A stretch of 32,000 nucleotides of DNA, from positions 930,001 through 962,000 of the forward strand of contig NZ_CP017260.1 in NCBI RefSeq assembly GCF_001735745.1, given 5' to 3'. The notes beneath the pieces are model-generated. The model did no database searches. It was not told the origin of the DNA and saw only the letters and a program-made list of their open reading frames with translations. The DNA is from Formosa sp. Hel1_33_131. GTDB lineage: Bacteria; Bacteroidota; Bacteroidia; Flavobacteriales; Flavobacteriaceae. Shown here piece after piece: positions 1 through 8,406 of the stretch (position 1 is the first letter of the stretch; every line of letters starts with the position of its first letter). A program made the position numbers and the translations under genes.

Positions 1-208
1 GAACAGAGCGGTCTGCGGTATGTGCTTCTGAAGCTGTAACAACAATTTCAAACGTATTAGAGAGAGGATTAATAATTACTGATCCCGATGATGTTTCAAA
101 AGAATCCGATGGCGATACAGTTTGGAATTCTTCAGTATTCGTATCGCATGAATTAAATACTAAGACTATTGTTAATAAGGCTAATAAATAGGTTTTATTA
201 TTTTTCAT
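1..208 (-). CDS. Putative lipoprotein, 5' part only (gene continues past the left window edge)
   Basis: Not in the supplied track because there is no stop codon in the window. The reverse-strand ATG at 208-206 opens an uninterrupted frame to position 1: MKNNKTYLLALLTIVLVFNSCDTNTEEFQTVSPSD... It has a signal peptide with a lipobox-like Cys (FNSC). It lies 40 nt downstream of the 249..1034 lipoprotein gene on the same strand, and its 21-nt start region (201-221) is identical to 1027-1047. Confidence 0.5.
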   Translation of the reverse strand, partial: MKNNKTYLLALLTIVLVFNSCDTNTEEFQTVSPSDSFETSSGSVIINPLSNTFEIVVTASEAHTADRSV

Positions 209-248
209 AATTTTTGTTTTTAAAAATTTTTAATTTAGGTTTTGTTTA

Positions 249-1034
249 TTAAAATACGGATTCAGCTGCAACTTTTGTAGTCTTATATGTAACATCTCCC
301 GTTCCAGCATCAGTAACTTTTTCAAACTTAACAAAGTAATAAAAGGCTTGTGTAGTTTCTCCTGACACAGAATCATTGAAAATTTCAATAGTTCCATTTG
401 GATGTATTATATACATTTTAACATCAACTGTCGCATCGACTGCAGACCATACTCTAGGTAAAATATTATAAGTTCCATCAGGTTGTGTATTATCAAAGGT
501 AAGACTTTCTGAAGGTGTACCAGTTTGGCTTGTGACAATACTAGTCGTTGGTGGCTCGTTTGTTAACCACAAGTCCAAATCATTTTCTACTGCATTACTC
601 CAAGTCATTAATATTTCTAATCCATTTGAATTAATTGCTGGCACGCTAATGAATGTAACTGAAGTGTTTGTAGAACCCACTAATACAGCATCATTGTTAA
701 GTGCAAAGGCGCCTGTAAGAACAATCGAATTTGATTCTCCTACAACATTTGGTATTGCAAGACTAACCGATTGTTGTCCCTGAATTAAATCAATTGATTT
801 CTCAACTCCATTTAAGGTGTAAGTAAACTGAGTAGATTCCGCTAGCGTTCTTGACAAAACAAAGCCTACTGAGATTTCGTCTCCATCAAAAGCATATATT
901 TCTCCTGTCTTGTCTAATGAGGCCGTTACTGCCTCTCCCATTGGTATGACCGCTGGATCGTTGTCAATAGCACAAGACGAAACTATTAACGTAAGTGCTA
1001 TTAAGAATAAGGGTATAAATTTTATATTTTTCAT
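249..1034 (-). CDS. Lipoprotein of unknown function, associated with the TonB-dependent receptor
   Basis: 261-aa ORF. The N-terminus MKNIKFIPLFLIALTLIVSSC is a signal peptide with a lipobox Cys. The C-terminal half looks beta-sandwich-like (..NDLDLWL..DGTYNILPRVW..). It starts 12 nt after the receptor gene stop on the same strand. It is far too small to be a SusD. Confidence 0.7.
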   Translation of the reverse strand: MKNIKFIPLFLIALTLIVSSCAIDNDPAVIPMGEAVTASLDKTGEIYAFDGDEISVGFVLSRTLAESTQFTYTLNGVEKSIDLIQGQQSVSLAIPNVVGESNSIVLTGAFALNNDAVLVGSTNTSVTFISVPAINSNGLEILMTWSNAVENDLDLWLTNEPPTTSIVTSQTGTPSESLTFDNTQPDGTYNILPRVWSAVDATVDVKMYIIHPNGTIEIFNDSVSGETTQAFYYFVKFEKVTDAGTGDVTYKTTKVAAESVF

Positions 1035-1046
1035 AATTTTTGTTTT

Positions 1047-3908
1047 TTATTTTAAATTAATACTTAATCTCGCAAAAAGGAATCTCCCATTGGTTCCAAA
1101 CTGCTGTGCTCTACGTGAGAAGATAAACCTTCCATCGCTCGTGTTTCCTTCTGAATTTTTATCTGGATACATATCCAATAAATTATTGGCTCCAACGGTG
1201 AACGTTACACTGTCATTATAGTCATAAGAAGCAGATAAATCCGTGACAATTTTGGATGCAAATTCTTGTCCTGTTGTACTTGTAACTTCTCCGAAATATA
1301 CATTTCTTAAAAATAGATTCCACTTATCAAAAGAAATTGTATGTGATAAATTCACTTTTTGGTTGACAGTTGCGTCTTCTAAAAAGATTCTAGAACTTTC
1401 ACTAAAATAGCGATCCAATTGACCTCCATTTACTAAAATTTGGGAGGCGTGAATATCATCAACTTGTCTTGTTTGAGAGAAAGACCCAGACAAATCTGTT
1501 TTAATTCTGGTGTTATTTATAGTCCCTTTGTGTGTAATCACAACATCCAAGCCCTTAGTTTCCGTATCAATGGCATTGGCAAAAAATGCAGCTTTACCAG
1601 CTCCGGCGTCCTTAAAAGCTTTCACTAATTCTGTAGAAATAGGATTTCCATCGCTATCATAAGCTGAGAATGTATCTGTTAATGTAACTCTGTCTTCGAC
1701 AGCTATAAAGTAGCCATCTACAGCAATTTTAATATTTGCTTCTGATAAGTTTGCTGTAAATCCAACACTTGCACTTGCAGACTCTTCTTGTTTAAGTTGC
1801 GGAATTCCTAATCCATCTTCTTCATCTGCAACTCTACTATCATTAGTAAACACTCCAACCTCTTCAGCTTTACCCTTGTTATTAAACTGTGTGGCTGTGG
1901 CATTGTAGTATATTTGGTGTAAAGAAGGTGCTCTAAAACCTGTACTTACTGCACCACGTAAATTAAAGCTATCACTTAATTTGTAACGAGAGGCTATTTT
2001 GAAATTTAACGTAGAACCAAAATCACTGTAACTTTCAAATCTTAAGGCTCCCGTCAGTAGAAATTTAGAAGTAATATCGGCTTCTATATCTAGGTAAGCA
2101 GCGGCACTGTTTCTATATCCTGACAAGGCGTTTTCTGGTCTAAAGCCTGGGAAACCTTGTGAACCTCTTTGGTACGATCTTCCAAAAAAGTCGGGTGCAT
2201 GGTCATAGTTGGCATGAGAGGCTTCTTCCCCTTCTAGAATTTGATAGTTTTCTAATCTGTACTCTGCTCCAAAAGCAACATTTAAACCTTCCAATGTGTT
2301 TTCAAAGAATTTAGAAACATCTAAGTTGGTGGTGTTTTGAGAGAACGCAAATCCACCTGCAGTAAATGTTGAAGAAGATGCTATACCTTGTGAGGCATTA
2401 AATGAATTAGAGACGGTGAAGTCAAAACTATTTTTTCCCCAAGTGTTACTGAAATCTATATCCCAATCGCCTGCTTTTCCTTTAATTCCTACGGCTAAAG
2501 ACTTGTCTTTAATATCCGAATTAATATTTGGTAAAAAACCATTTAGATTGATATTTGAGTATGACCTTGATTGATTTGGTAATCTATAGAAGGCCCCTGC
2601 ATTCCCTTTTCTGTAGCTTAGACCTCCAAATGCATAAAACTCAGTCCCATTATCTCCAATCGGCAACGAAATGTTTGCCATAAAGCGTCCGGATCTTAAA
2701 TTGGATTGACCAACTCTCATGTTATAGTCTTCACGTTTTTGCCCTCTTGCTGTAAGTTCTGCTTCGGTAAAATCAATTGGACCATTACTATCAGATAATA
2801 ATGCTACCAAATCTGCTTGTGATGTTGCAGCCCCTATAGCACTTTGAAGTTCTGGCGTAAAATAATCGACGCCTTGCGCAAAAAACTGCATTTGATCAAA
2901 AGATAAATTATCTACATTTGCTCCACTTGCTGCGGCGACTCTTTGTATGGCATTGTATCCATGAAATATATCTCCCGTGAAACGCTCCATTCTATTGGTT
3001 GATTTGCGAGTTTCAATATCTCCAGTAAAGTTAATATACCCTCCATTGTCTCCTAAATCAATTCCGTAATTAATACTTGCATTGACTGTTTCTCCATCTA
3101 CGCCTCCTGTGAGACTGTTAGCATTTGAAGAAAAATTTGCTCCTGAAGTTACATTTACTGCAAGTTCGTTGGTGTTCTTTTTTAATACAATATTAATAAC
3201 ACCGGCAATAGCGTCTGAACCATATTGAGCAGAAGCACCATCACGTAGTATTTCAACGCGACTGATCGCTGCTGAGGGAATTGCGTTTAAATCCGTTCCT
3301 ACAGAACCTCTACCCACCGTACCATTCACATTTACTAATGATGTGGTGTGTCTTCTTTTTCCGTTAATCAGTACCAATACTTGATCCGGTCCAAGCCCCC
3401 TTAAAGAGGCTGGATTGATGTGATCCGTTCCATCAGAAATTGTTTGTGTGTTAGATGCGAAAGAAGGCGCAACATAATTCAGGATTTGATTTATGTTTAC
3501 TTGTGGCCCTAGTGTTGTCAATTCCGAAATATCAATAACATCAACAGGCACTGGTGTGTCCACTGCTGTTCTGTTGGCATTTCTTGATCCAACAACAACT
3601 TCATCCAAAGAAACTCCTGATGATAAAACAACATTAACAGTTGATCCACCATCCATGGTCATCTCTTTTGAATTAAACCCTATATAAGAGTAAACCAAAA
3701 CATCTCCTTGAGAAACACTCAAAGAGTAGGAGCCATCAAGATCGGAAGATGTTCCGTTTGTAGTCCCTCTAACACTTACAGAAACTCCAGCTAAGGGGTC
3801 ATTGTAGTCATCTGTAACAATTCCACTAACCTCATAAGTTTGAGCTAGTGCTGAAAATGACACAAGAAATAGTGTCAAAAAAAAGTAATTTTTTAATTTC
3901 ATAATCAT
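1047..3908 (-). CDS. TonB-dependent outer-membrane receptor with a carboxypeptidase-regulatory-like N-terminal domain
   Basis: 953-aa ORF with a signal peptide (..FSALAQ). N-terminal beta-sandwich: YEVSGIVTDDYNDPLAGVSVSVRGT..GDVLVYSYIGF. Plug-domain motifs: DVIDISEL, NPASLRGLGPDQVLVLINGKRR, GVINIVLKK. A long C-terminal region has alternating-hydrophobic beta-strands typical of a 22-strand barrel. Confidence 0.9.
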   Translation of the reverse strand: MIMKLKNYFFLTLFLVSFSALAQTYEVSGIVTDDYNDPLAGVSVSVRGTTNGTSSDLDGSYSLSVSQGDVLVYSYIGFNSKEMTMDGGSTVNVVLSSGVSLDEVVVGSRNANRTAVDTPVPVDVIDISELTTLGPQVNINQILNYVAPSFASNTQTISDGTDHINPASLRGLGPDQVLVLINGKRRHTTSLVNVNGTVGRGSVGTDLNAIPSAAISRVEILRDGASAQYGSDAIAGVINIVLKKNTNELAVNVTSGANFSSNANSLTGGVDGETVNASINYGIDLGDNGGYINFTGDIETRKSTNRMERFTGDIFHGYNAIQRVAAASGANVDNLSFDQMQFFAQGVDYFTPELQSAIGAATSQADLVALLSDSNGPIDFTEAELTARGQKREDYNMRVGQSNLRSGRFMANISLPIGDNGTEFYAFGGLSYRKGNAGAFYRLPNQSRSYSNINLNGFLPNINSDIKDKSLAVGIKGKAGDWDIDFSNTWGKNSFDFTVSNSFNASQGIASSSTFTAGGFAFSQNTTNLDVSKFFENTLEGLNVAFGAEYRLENYQILEGEEASHANYDHAPDFFGRSYQRGSQGFPGFRPENALSGYRNSAAAYLDIEADITSKFLLTGALRFESYSDFGSTLNFKIASRYKLSDSFNLRGAVSTGFRAPSLHQIYYNATATQFNNKGKAEEVGVFTNDSRVADEEDGLGIPQLKQEESASASVGFTANLSEANIKIAVDGYFIAVEDRVTLTDTFSAYDSDGNPISTELVKAFKDAGAGKAAFFANAIDTETKGLDVVITHKGTINNTRIKTDLSGSFSQTRQVDDIHASQILVNGGQLDRYFSESSRIFLEDATVNQKVNLSHTISFDKWNLFLRNVYFGEVTSTTGQEFASKIVTDLSASYDYNDSVTFTVGANNLLDMYPDKNSEGNTSDGRFIFSRRAQQFGTNGRFLFARLSINLK

Positions 3909-4245
3909 TTGGGGTTAAGTTTATAATTTGAGGACAATATATAATTTTTTATTTAAAAAAATAAATGATTCTTATTTAAAGTGAGTTTAAATTACATAAT
4001 TCATTGTTAAAAGCAAGTTATACTGGTGATTTCATTTTACAATTAAATTAGAGCCATAAACTGAAAGTATGATCTTAATGGCACAATAAATAGGGTGAAA
4101 ATCAGAAACTGAAATTAATAAATTATAATAAAGTTCATCTATACTTAATGGTCATTCACCTAAAGAAGTCTCATGTTAGTCAAACCTAAAACAATTATTA
4201 TATGTAAATAAATTATTTTTATAGAATAAATACTTGTTTTAAATT

Positions 4246-4659
4246 TTGAATAACATACTAAATATTTTACTGATAGAAGATAATTCTATTGAGATCATGA
4301 AAATGAAAAGAACTGTTTCCTTTTTAAAATTAGAGCATACTATAAATGAAGCCGAAAATGTAGATGAAGCTCTTGAGTTTTTAAAAGATCGAAGTAGAAT
4401 TCCTGATATTATTTTATTAGATTTAAACATGCCAAAGATAAGTGGAATAGAATTTTTATCAATTTTAAAGAATGATGAAAACTTAAAATACATACCCACA
4501 GTCATTTTAACAACATCTAACAATCAAAAAGATATCATAGAATGTTATACAATTGGTATATCAGGCTATATTCTAAAACCTTTAAAATATGAGGATTACG
4601 TTAAAAAAATTGAGAGAACTTTGGCTTATTGGAGTATAAACGAATTAAGAAGAACTTAA
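4246..4659 (+). CDS. Stand-alone receiver-domain response regulator (CheY-like, no output domain)
   Basis: 137 aa. REC signature residues are intact: LLIEDN (acidic pair), IILLDLNMPKISG (phospho-acceptor Asp), VILTTS (Thr) and GYILKPL (Lys-Pro). The start is TTG at 4246, because in-frame TAA lies at 4240-4242 and no ATG precedes the REC core. Confidence 0.85.
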   Translation: MNNILNILLIEDNSIEIMKMKRTVSFLKLEHTINEAENVDEALEFLKDRSRIPDIILLDLNMPKISGIEFLSILKNDENLKYIPTVILTTSNNQKDIIECYTIGISGYILKPLKYEDYVKKIERTLAYWSINELRRT

Positions 4660-4795
4660 AAAATGGAACATCCTCAATACAAGTCAAAAAATCTTTAAGA
4701 AATAACTAAAAGGAGGTAACATACTTGCAGTGAGCCTGCCTACCGCAGTTAGGCGCAGTTGAAATGTGACTGTTAAAATTAATATATATAAACAT

Positions 4796-5335
4796 ATGAA
4801 AGGGATCGTTTTTACAGAGTTTTTAGATTTAGTAGAAATTAAATTTGGTTTAGGAATGGTTGATAAAATCATCAATCAATCAAAATTAGAATCTGAAGGA
4901 ATCTATACATCTATTGGCACCTATAGTTTTTCCGAAATGTTGCAATTATTACAACATTTGAGTGCACAAACAGACATTTCAATAGATGGATTGTTATTGA
5001 CTTACGGAGAACATTTTTTTAGTGTTATAAAAAAAACCTACCCAGGTCTTTTAGCGACTTATAAAGACCCCATAGAAATGCTGTCATCCATAGAAAACCA
5101 TATTCATATAGAAGTTCGAAAAATATATCCTGATGCAGAATTCCCTACGTTTATAGTTGAAGAGAAAACAGAAAACTCTCTTATTATGATTTATAAATCT
5201 GGTAGGGCAATGCATCATTTTGGGTTGGGTTTAATGAACAAAACATTCGAACATTTTAATTCTACAGCTTCTATTGTTTTAGAAAAAATAAAAGAAGATG
5301 GCACCGAGGTAAAATTTATCATTACCAAGAATTAA
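4796..5335 (+). CDS. hnoX: H-NOX (heme nitric oxide/oxygen-binding) sensor protein
   Basis: I moved the start from the track's GTG 4766 to ATG 4796, giving the canonical H-NOX N-terminus MKGIVFTEFLDLV. The candidate proximal heme His lies in ..IENHIHIEVRKIYP.. (compare DEVHLQLTKM in the Thermoanaerobacter H-NOX). The heme-propionate YxSxR motif is present as YKSGR. Length is about 179 aa. The stop overlaps the kinase start (TAATG). Confidence 0.85.
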   Translation: MKGIVFTEFLDLVEIKFGLGMVDKIINQSKLESEGIYTSIGTYSFSEMLQLLQHLSAQTDISIDGLLLTYGEHFFSVIKKTYPGLLATYKDPIEMLSSIENHIHIEVRKIYPDAEFPTFIVEEKTENSLIMIYKSGRAMHHFGLGLMNKTFEHFNSTASIVLEKIKEDGTEVKFIITKN

Positions 5336-7314
5336 TGAGTCTAGAAAAAGTTGAAATATTAGACCGTGCGCTCAAAAGAGAAAAAGCTGCCCGAAAAGCT
5401 GCGGAAAGGATATTAGAAGAAAAATCTAGAGATTTATACTTTATATCGGAAGAACTAAAAGACGCCAACCTTCAATTCGAAAATCTTTTAGTCGAAAAAT
5501 CGTCTCAACTTCAGGGGGTTTTTGAAAACATAAATGATGCCTATTTAGTAATTGATTTAGAAGGGGAGGTTCTAAAAATGAACGATGTAGCCACAGAATT
5601 TTTTGGATACAACATTGATAATGAAAAAGTAAATGCCACCTGCTTAATCTATCCTAAAGATAAAGATTACGCCTTTAATTCTTTTAAGAAATTAAAAAAA
5701 CAAGGGTTTTTCACAAACTATGTAGCAAGGATACTCACTAAACAAAAAGAAATTAAATGGGTACAGATTAATGCAACCATTATTTTTAATAAAGAAAAAA
5801 AAGCTATTGGAGCGCAGGGGATTGTAAGAAATATTACATCCAATAAAGAAGCAGAAGACTTACTGATACAATCAGAAAAAAGACTGTCATCTCTCATTTT
5901 AAACTTAGATAGTGGAATCCTTTTAGAGGATGAAAAAAGACAAATCGTATTGACAAATACTAAGTTTTGTGCACTTTTTAAAATCCCAGTATCTCCAGAA
6001 TTATTGATTGGAGAAGATTGTTCTAATGCATCAGAACAAAGCAAAGTATTGTTTAAAGATCCAGAACAGTTTGTAACCAGAATTAATGAGATACTTAAAA
6101 ACAAAAAACAAGTTTTAGCAGATGAAGTCATAATGACAGATGGTACAATTTTAGAACGCGATTTTATTCCTATTGTAATTGGTCCTAAATATCAGGGTCA
6201 TTTATGGGCTTATAGAAATGTCACGCTCAAAAGGCAGTACAGCCAAAGTCTAGAAAGTCAAAAAGAAAAATACAGTAGCATTATAGCCAATATGAATTTG
6301 GGATTGATGGAGGTCAATAACAATAATGAGATACTGACGGTAAACCAAAGTTTTGTAGAGATGTCTGGTTATTCCGAGAAAGAGTTGCTTGGCGAGATTG
6401 GTGAAAATGTTTTTATAAAAAATAAAGACTTCGAAATCCTCCCCGATCAAAGTAAGAATCGTTCAAAAGGCAAATCGTATTCTCGCGAAATTACAATACA
6501 AGATAAAAAAGGAGTTAACAAAAGTTGGCTTAGTAGTGAGGCTCCAAATTATAATCTGAATGGAGAGATCGTTGGTTTTATAGGGATACATCTAGATATT
6601 ACAGAATTTAAATTACTAGAAAAGCAGAACGCAAAAATATTGATAGAATTAGAAAAAAGGAATAACGAATTACATGAATATGCACATATCGTTTCTCATG
6701 ATCTTAAAGCGCCTTTAAGAAGTATTGATGCCTTAGTCTCTTGGATTAAATCAGATAATAAAGGTAAACTGGATGAAGTCACAGTTCAAAACTTTGAATT
6801 GATTGAGGAAACATTGGAAACAATGGAGAGTTTAATTTTTAATGTTTTAGAATACTCAAGTGCAGGGGTCGCTATAGAAACCATAAATGAGGTAGACTTA
6901 AATTTGATTCTTGAAGATCTAAGGAAAATTATACTTATCCCAGAAAACATCTCTGTAATTATTTTAAAAAAACTACCTATTGTTAAAGGAGATATCACTA
7001 AATTTAAACAAATTTTTCAAAATTTAGTGAGTAATGCTGTAAAATTTTCTGATAAAGAAAAAGGAATCATTGAAGTTGATTTTAATGAAGAAGGATCCTT
7101 TTATCTGTTTTCTGTAAAAGACAATGGAATTGGTATTGATGAAAAACACCATGATAAAATTTTTAAAATTTTTCAGTCATTAAATAAAAGTAAAGAGTCC
7201 ACAGGCATTGGTTTATCGATCGTGAAGAAAGTCGTTGAGTTATACGAAGGAGATATTTGGCTAGAAAGTGAAGAAGGCAAAGGAACTACTTTTTATTTTA
7301 CTATAAAAAAATAG
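5335..7314 (+). CDS. Cytoplasmic multi-PAS sensor histidine kinase (H-NOX-associated, no receiver domain)
   Basis: 659 aa with no TM segments. N-terminal coiled coil (LDRALKREKAARKAAERILEEK) followed by repeated PAS-like blocks. H-box HEYAHIVSHDLKAPLRSI, N-box FQNLVSNAVKFS, G1 VKDNGIGI, G2 GIGLSIVKKVVELYEGDIWLESEEGKGTTF. Translationally coupled to the H-NOX gene. Confidence 0.9.
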   Translation: MSLEKVEILDRALKREKAARKAAERILEEKSRDLYFISEELKDANLQFENLLVEKSSQLQGVFENINDAYLVIDLEGEVLKMNDVATEFFGYNIDNEKVNATCLIYPKDKDYAFNSFKKLKKQGFFTNYVARILTKQKEIKWVQINATIIFNKEKKAIGAQGIVRNITSNKEAEDLLIQSEKRLSSLILNLDSGILLEDEKRQIVLTNTKFCALFKIPVSPELLIGEDCSNASEQSKVLFKDPEQFVTRINEILKNKKQVLADEVIMTDGTILERDFIPIVIGPKYQGHLWAYRNVTLKRQYSQSLESQKEKYSSIIANMNLGLMEVNNNNEILTVNQSFVEMSGYSEKELLGEIGENVFIKNKDFEILPDQSKNRSKGKSYSREITIQDKKGVNKSWLSSEAPNYNLNGEIVGFIGIHLDITEFKLLEKQNAKILIELEKRNNELHEYAHIVSHDLKAPLRSIDALVSWIKSDNKGKLDEVTVQNFELIEETLETMESLIFNVLEYSSAGVAIETINEVDLNLILEDLRKIILIPENISVIILKKLPIVKGDITKFKQIFQNLVSNAVKFSDKEKGIIEVDFNEEGSFYLFSVKDNGIGIDEKHHDKIFKIFQSLNKSKESTGIGLSIVKKVVELYEGDIWLESEEGKGTTFYFTIKK

Positions 7315-7316
7315 CT

Positions 7317-7634
7317 ATGGAACAACCTAATTTAATCTATATTGACAAGCTGGCTAATGGTGATGAATCTGTTAAAAAAAGACTTATCGAGATCATTAAA
7401 ACTGAATTTCCTAAAGAGAAAAAAGAGTACCTCCTAAGTTTAGAAAATCTTGATTATAAAAAAATTGAAGAAAATGTTCATAAACTTAAACATAAAATTA
7501 GTATACTAGGACTTGAAAAAAGTTATGAAATAGCAAATAAATTTGAACATAAACTTAGAGATCAACGTTTAATTGATTCTAAAAGTTTTGAGGGAATTTT
7601 AATAAAAATTTCAGAATATTTAAAAACGATTTAA
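7317..7634 (+). CDS. Histidine phosphotransfer (Hpt) domain protein
   Basis: 105 aa and predicted all-helical. The Hpt-type motif ENVHKLKHKISILGL matches HxLKGxxxxxG-like consensus. Starts 2 nt after the kinase stop and ends 5 nt before the LytTR regulator gene. Confidence 0.7.
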   Translation: MEQPNLIYIDKLANGDESVKKRLIEIIKTEFPKEKKEYLLSLENLDYKKIEENVHKLKHKISILGLEKSYEIANKFEHKLRDQRLIDSKSFEGILIKISEYLKTI

Positions 7635-7639
7635 ATTCT

Positions 7640-8344
7640 ATGAATTGTATTATTATTGATGATGAAGAAACTGCAAGAGTGATCATTAGAACGCTTTGTG
7701 ATGAAATAGGAAATTTAACTATTATTGACGAATTCCCTAACGCCATTCAAGCTATTAAATTCCTTAACGAAAATGAGATAGATCTTATTTTTTTAGATAT
7801 TCACATGCCCGATTTTAGTGGATTAGATTTTATTAAAGCATTAAAAAATCCACCTAAAATAATTTTAACAACATCCGATACAAAATTTGCAATTGAAGCT
7901 TTTGAATATGATTGTATTATAGATTATTTATTAAAGCCAATCGAAAGACCAAGATTTGAAAAAGCGATTTTAAAAACCAAAAAACACCAAGCTGTAAATA
8001 CTTCAAATACGAGCATTGCAGATTTAAATCACAAAAACGATTTTTATGTGAATATCGATAGACGTCTGATAAAAATTGATTTGCCTGAAATTTATCTTAT
8101 AGAGGCAAAAGGAGACTATATTCATATAAAAACAGAAGACAAAAATTATGTGGTACATTCTACATTGAAAAAAATAGAAGAGAAACTGCCAGAATCATTA
8201 TTCCTAAAGGTGCATCGCTCCTACATAATCAACGTTAAAAAAATTATTGATATCGAAGATAATAGTGTTTTAATCAAAAAAGATGTCATCCCTGTGAGTC
8301 GTTCTAACCGACCTGAATTGATGAAACGATTGGATTTGTTATAA
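7640..8344 (+). CDS. LytR/AlgR-family response regulator (REC + LytTR DNA-binding domain)
   Basis: 234 aa. REC: IIIDDEE, LIFLDIHMPDFSG, IILTTS, DYLLKPI. The C-terminal LytTR pattern is ..IYLIEAKGDYIHIKTEDKNYVVHSTLKKIEEKLPESLFLKVHRSYIINVKKI. Confidence 0.9.
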   Translation: MNCIIIDDEETARVIIRTLCDEIGNLTIIDEFPNAIQAIKFLNENEIDLIFLDIHMPDFSGLDFIKALKNPPKIILTTSDTKFAIEAFEYDCIIDYLLKPIERPRFEKAILKTKKHQAVNTSNTSIADLNHKNDFYVNIDRRLIKIDLPEIYLIEAKGDYIHIKTEDKNYVVHSTLKKIEEKLPESLFLKVHRSYIINVKKIIDIEDNSVLIKKDVIPVSRSNRPELMKRLDLL

Positions 8345-8406
8345 TGATTTCATCTATATAAGCATAGCCGTTGACCTACAGTATTTGGGAGGCCTAGAGG
8401 TTTCGT

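Noticed and set aside
532-1221. Track ORFs 532..783 (+) and 910..1221 (+), antisense to the lipoprotein and receptor genes
   Set aside because: They lie entirely inside or overlap well-supported minus-strand genes and have no recognisable motifs. They look like typical shadow ORFs of an AT-rich genome.
1047-3908. Calling the receptor plus downstream lipoprotein a SusC/SusD polysaccharide-utilisation locus
   Set aside because: The downstream lipoprotein is only 261 aa and beta-rich, not a ~500-aa helical SusD. No glycoside hydrolases or hybrid two-component regulator accompany it.
3909-4245. Riboswitch or invertible promoter in the 337-bp AT-rich spacer upstream of the receptor gene
   Set aside because: Reading both strands, I found no conserved riboswitch cores (e.g. 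no B12-box-like GCCACTG), no flanking inverted repeats and no credible small ORF. It looks like a plain AT-rich promoter region.
4766-4795. The 10-codon N-terminal extension of H-NOX from GTG 4766 (MTVKINIYKH..)
   Set aside because: H-NOX domains canonically begin MKG(x)I/V at residue 1, because the N-terminus packs on the heme. ATG 4796 gives exactly that, so the GTG extension is unlikely.
4239-6998. Antisense ORFs 4239..4523, 4684..4875, 5718..6131, 6250..6450 and 6786..6998 (-)
   Set aside because: Each overlaps a strongly supported + strand signalling gene or the hnoX leader. Their translations are low-complexity (F/I/L/S/K-rich) with no domains.
5335-7314. Hybrid histidine kinase (HK with C-terminal receiver) that would explain the Hpt gene
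   Set aside because: The ORF ends ~20 aa after the G2 box (..GKGTTFYFTIKK-stop) and the next gene starts 2 nt later in another frame with an Hpt-like sequence. No receiver module is present in the kinase.
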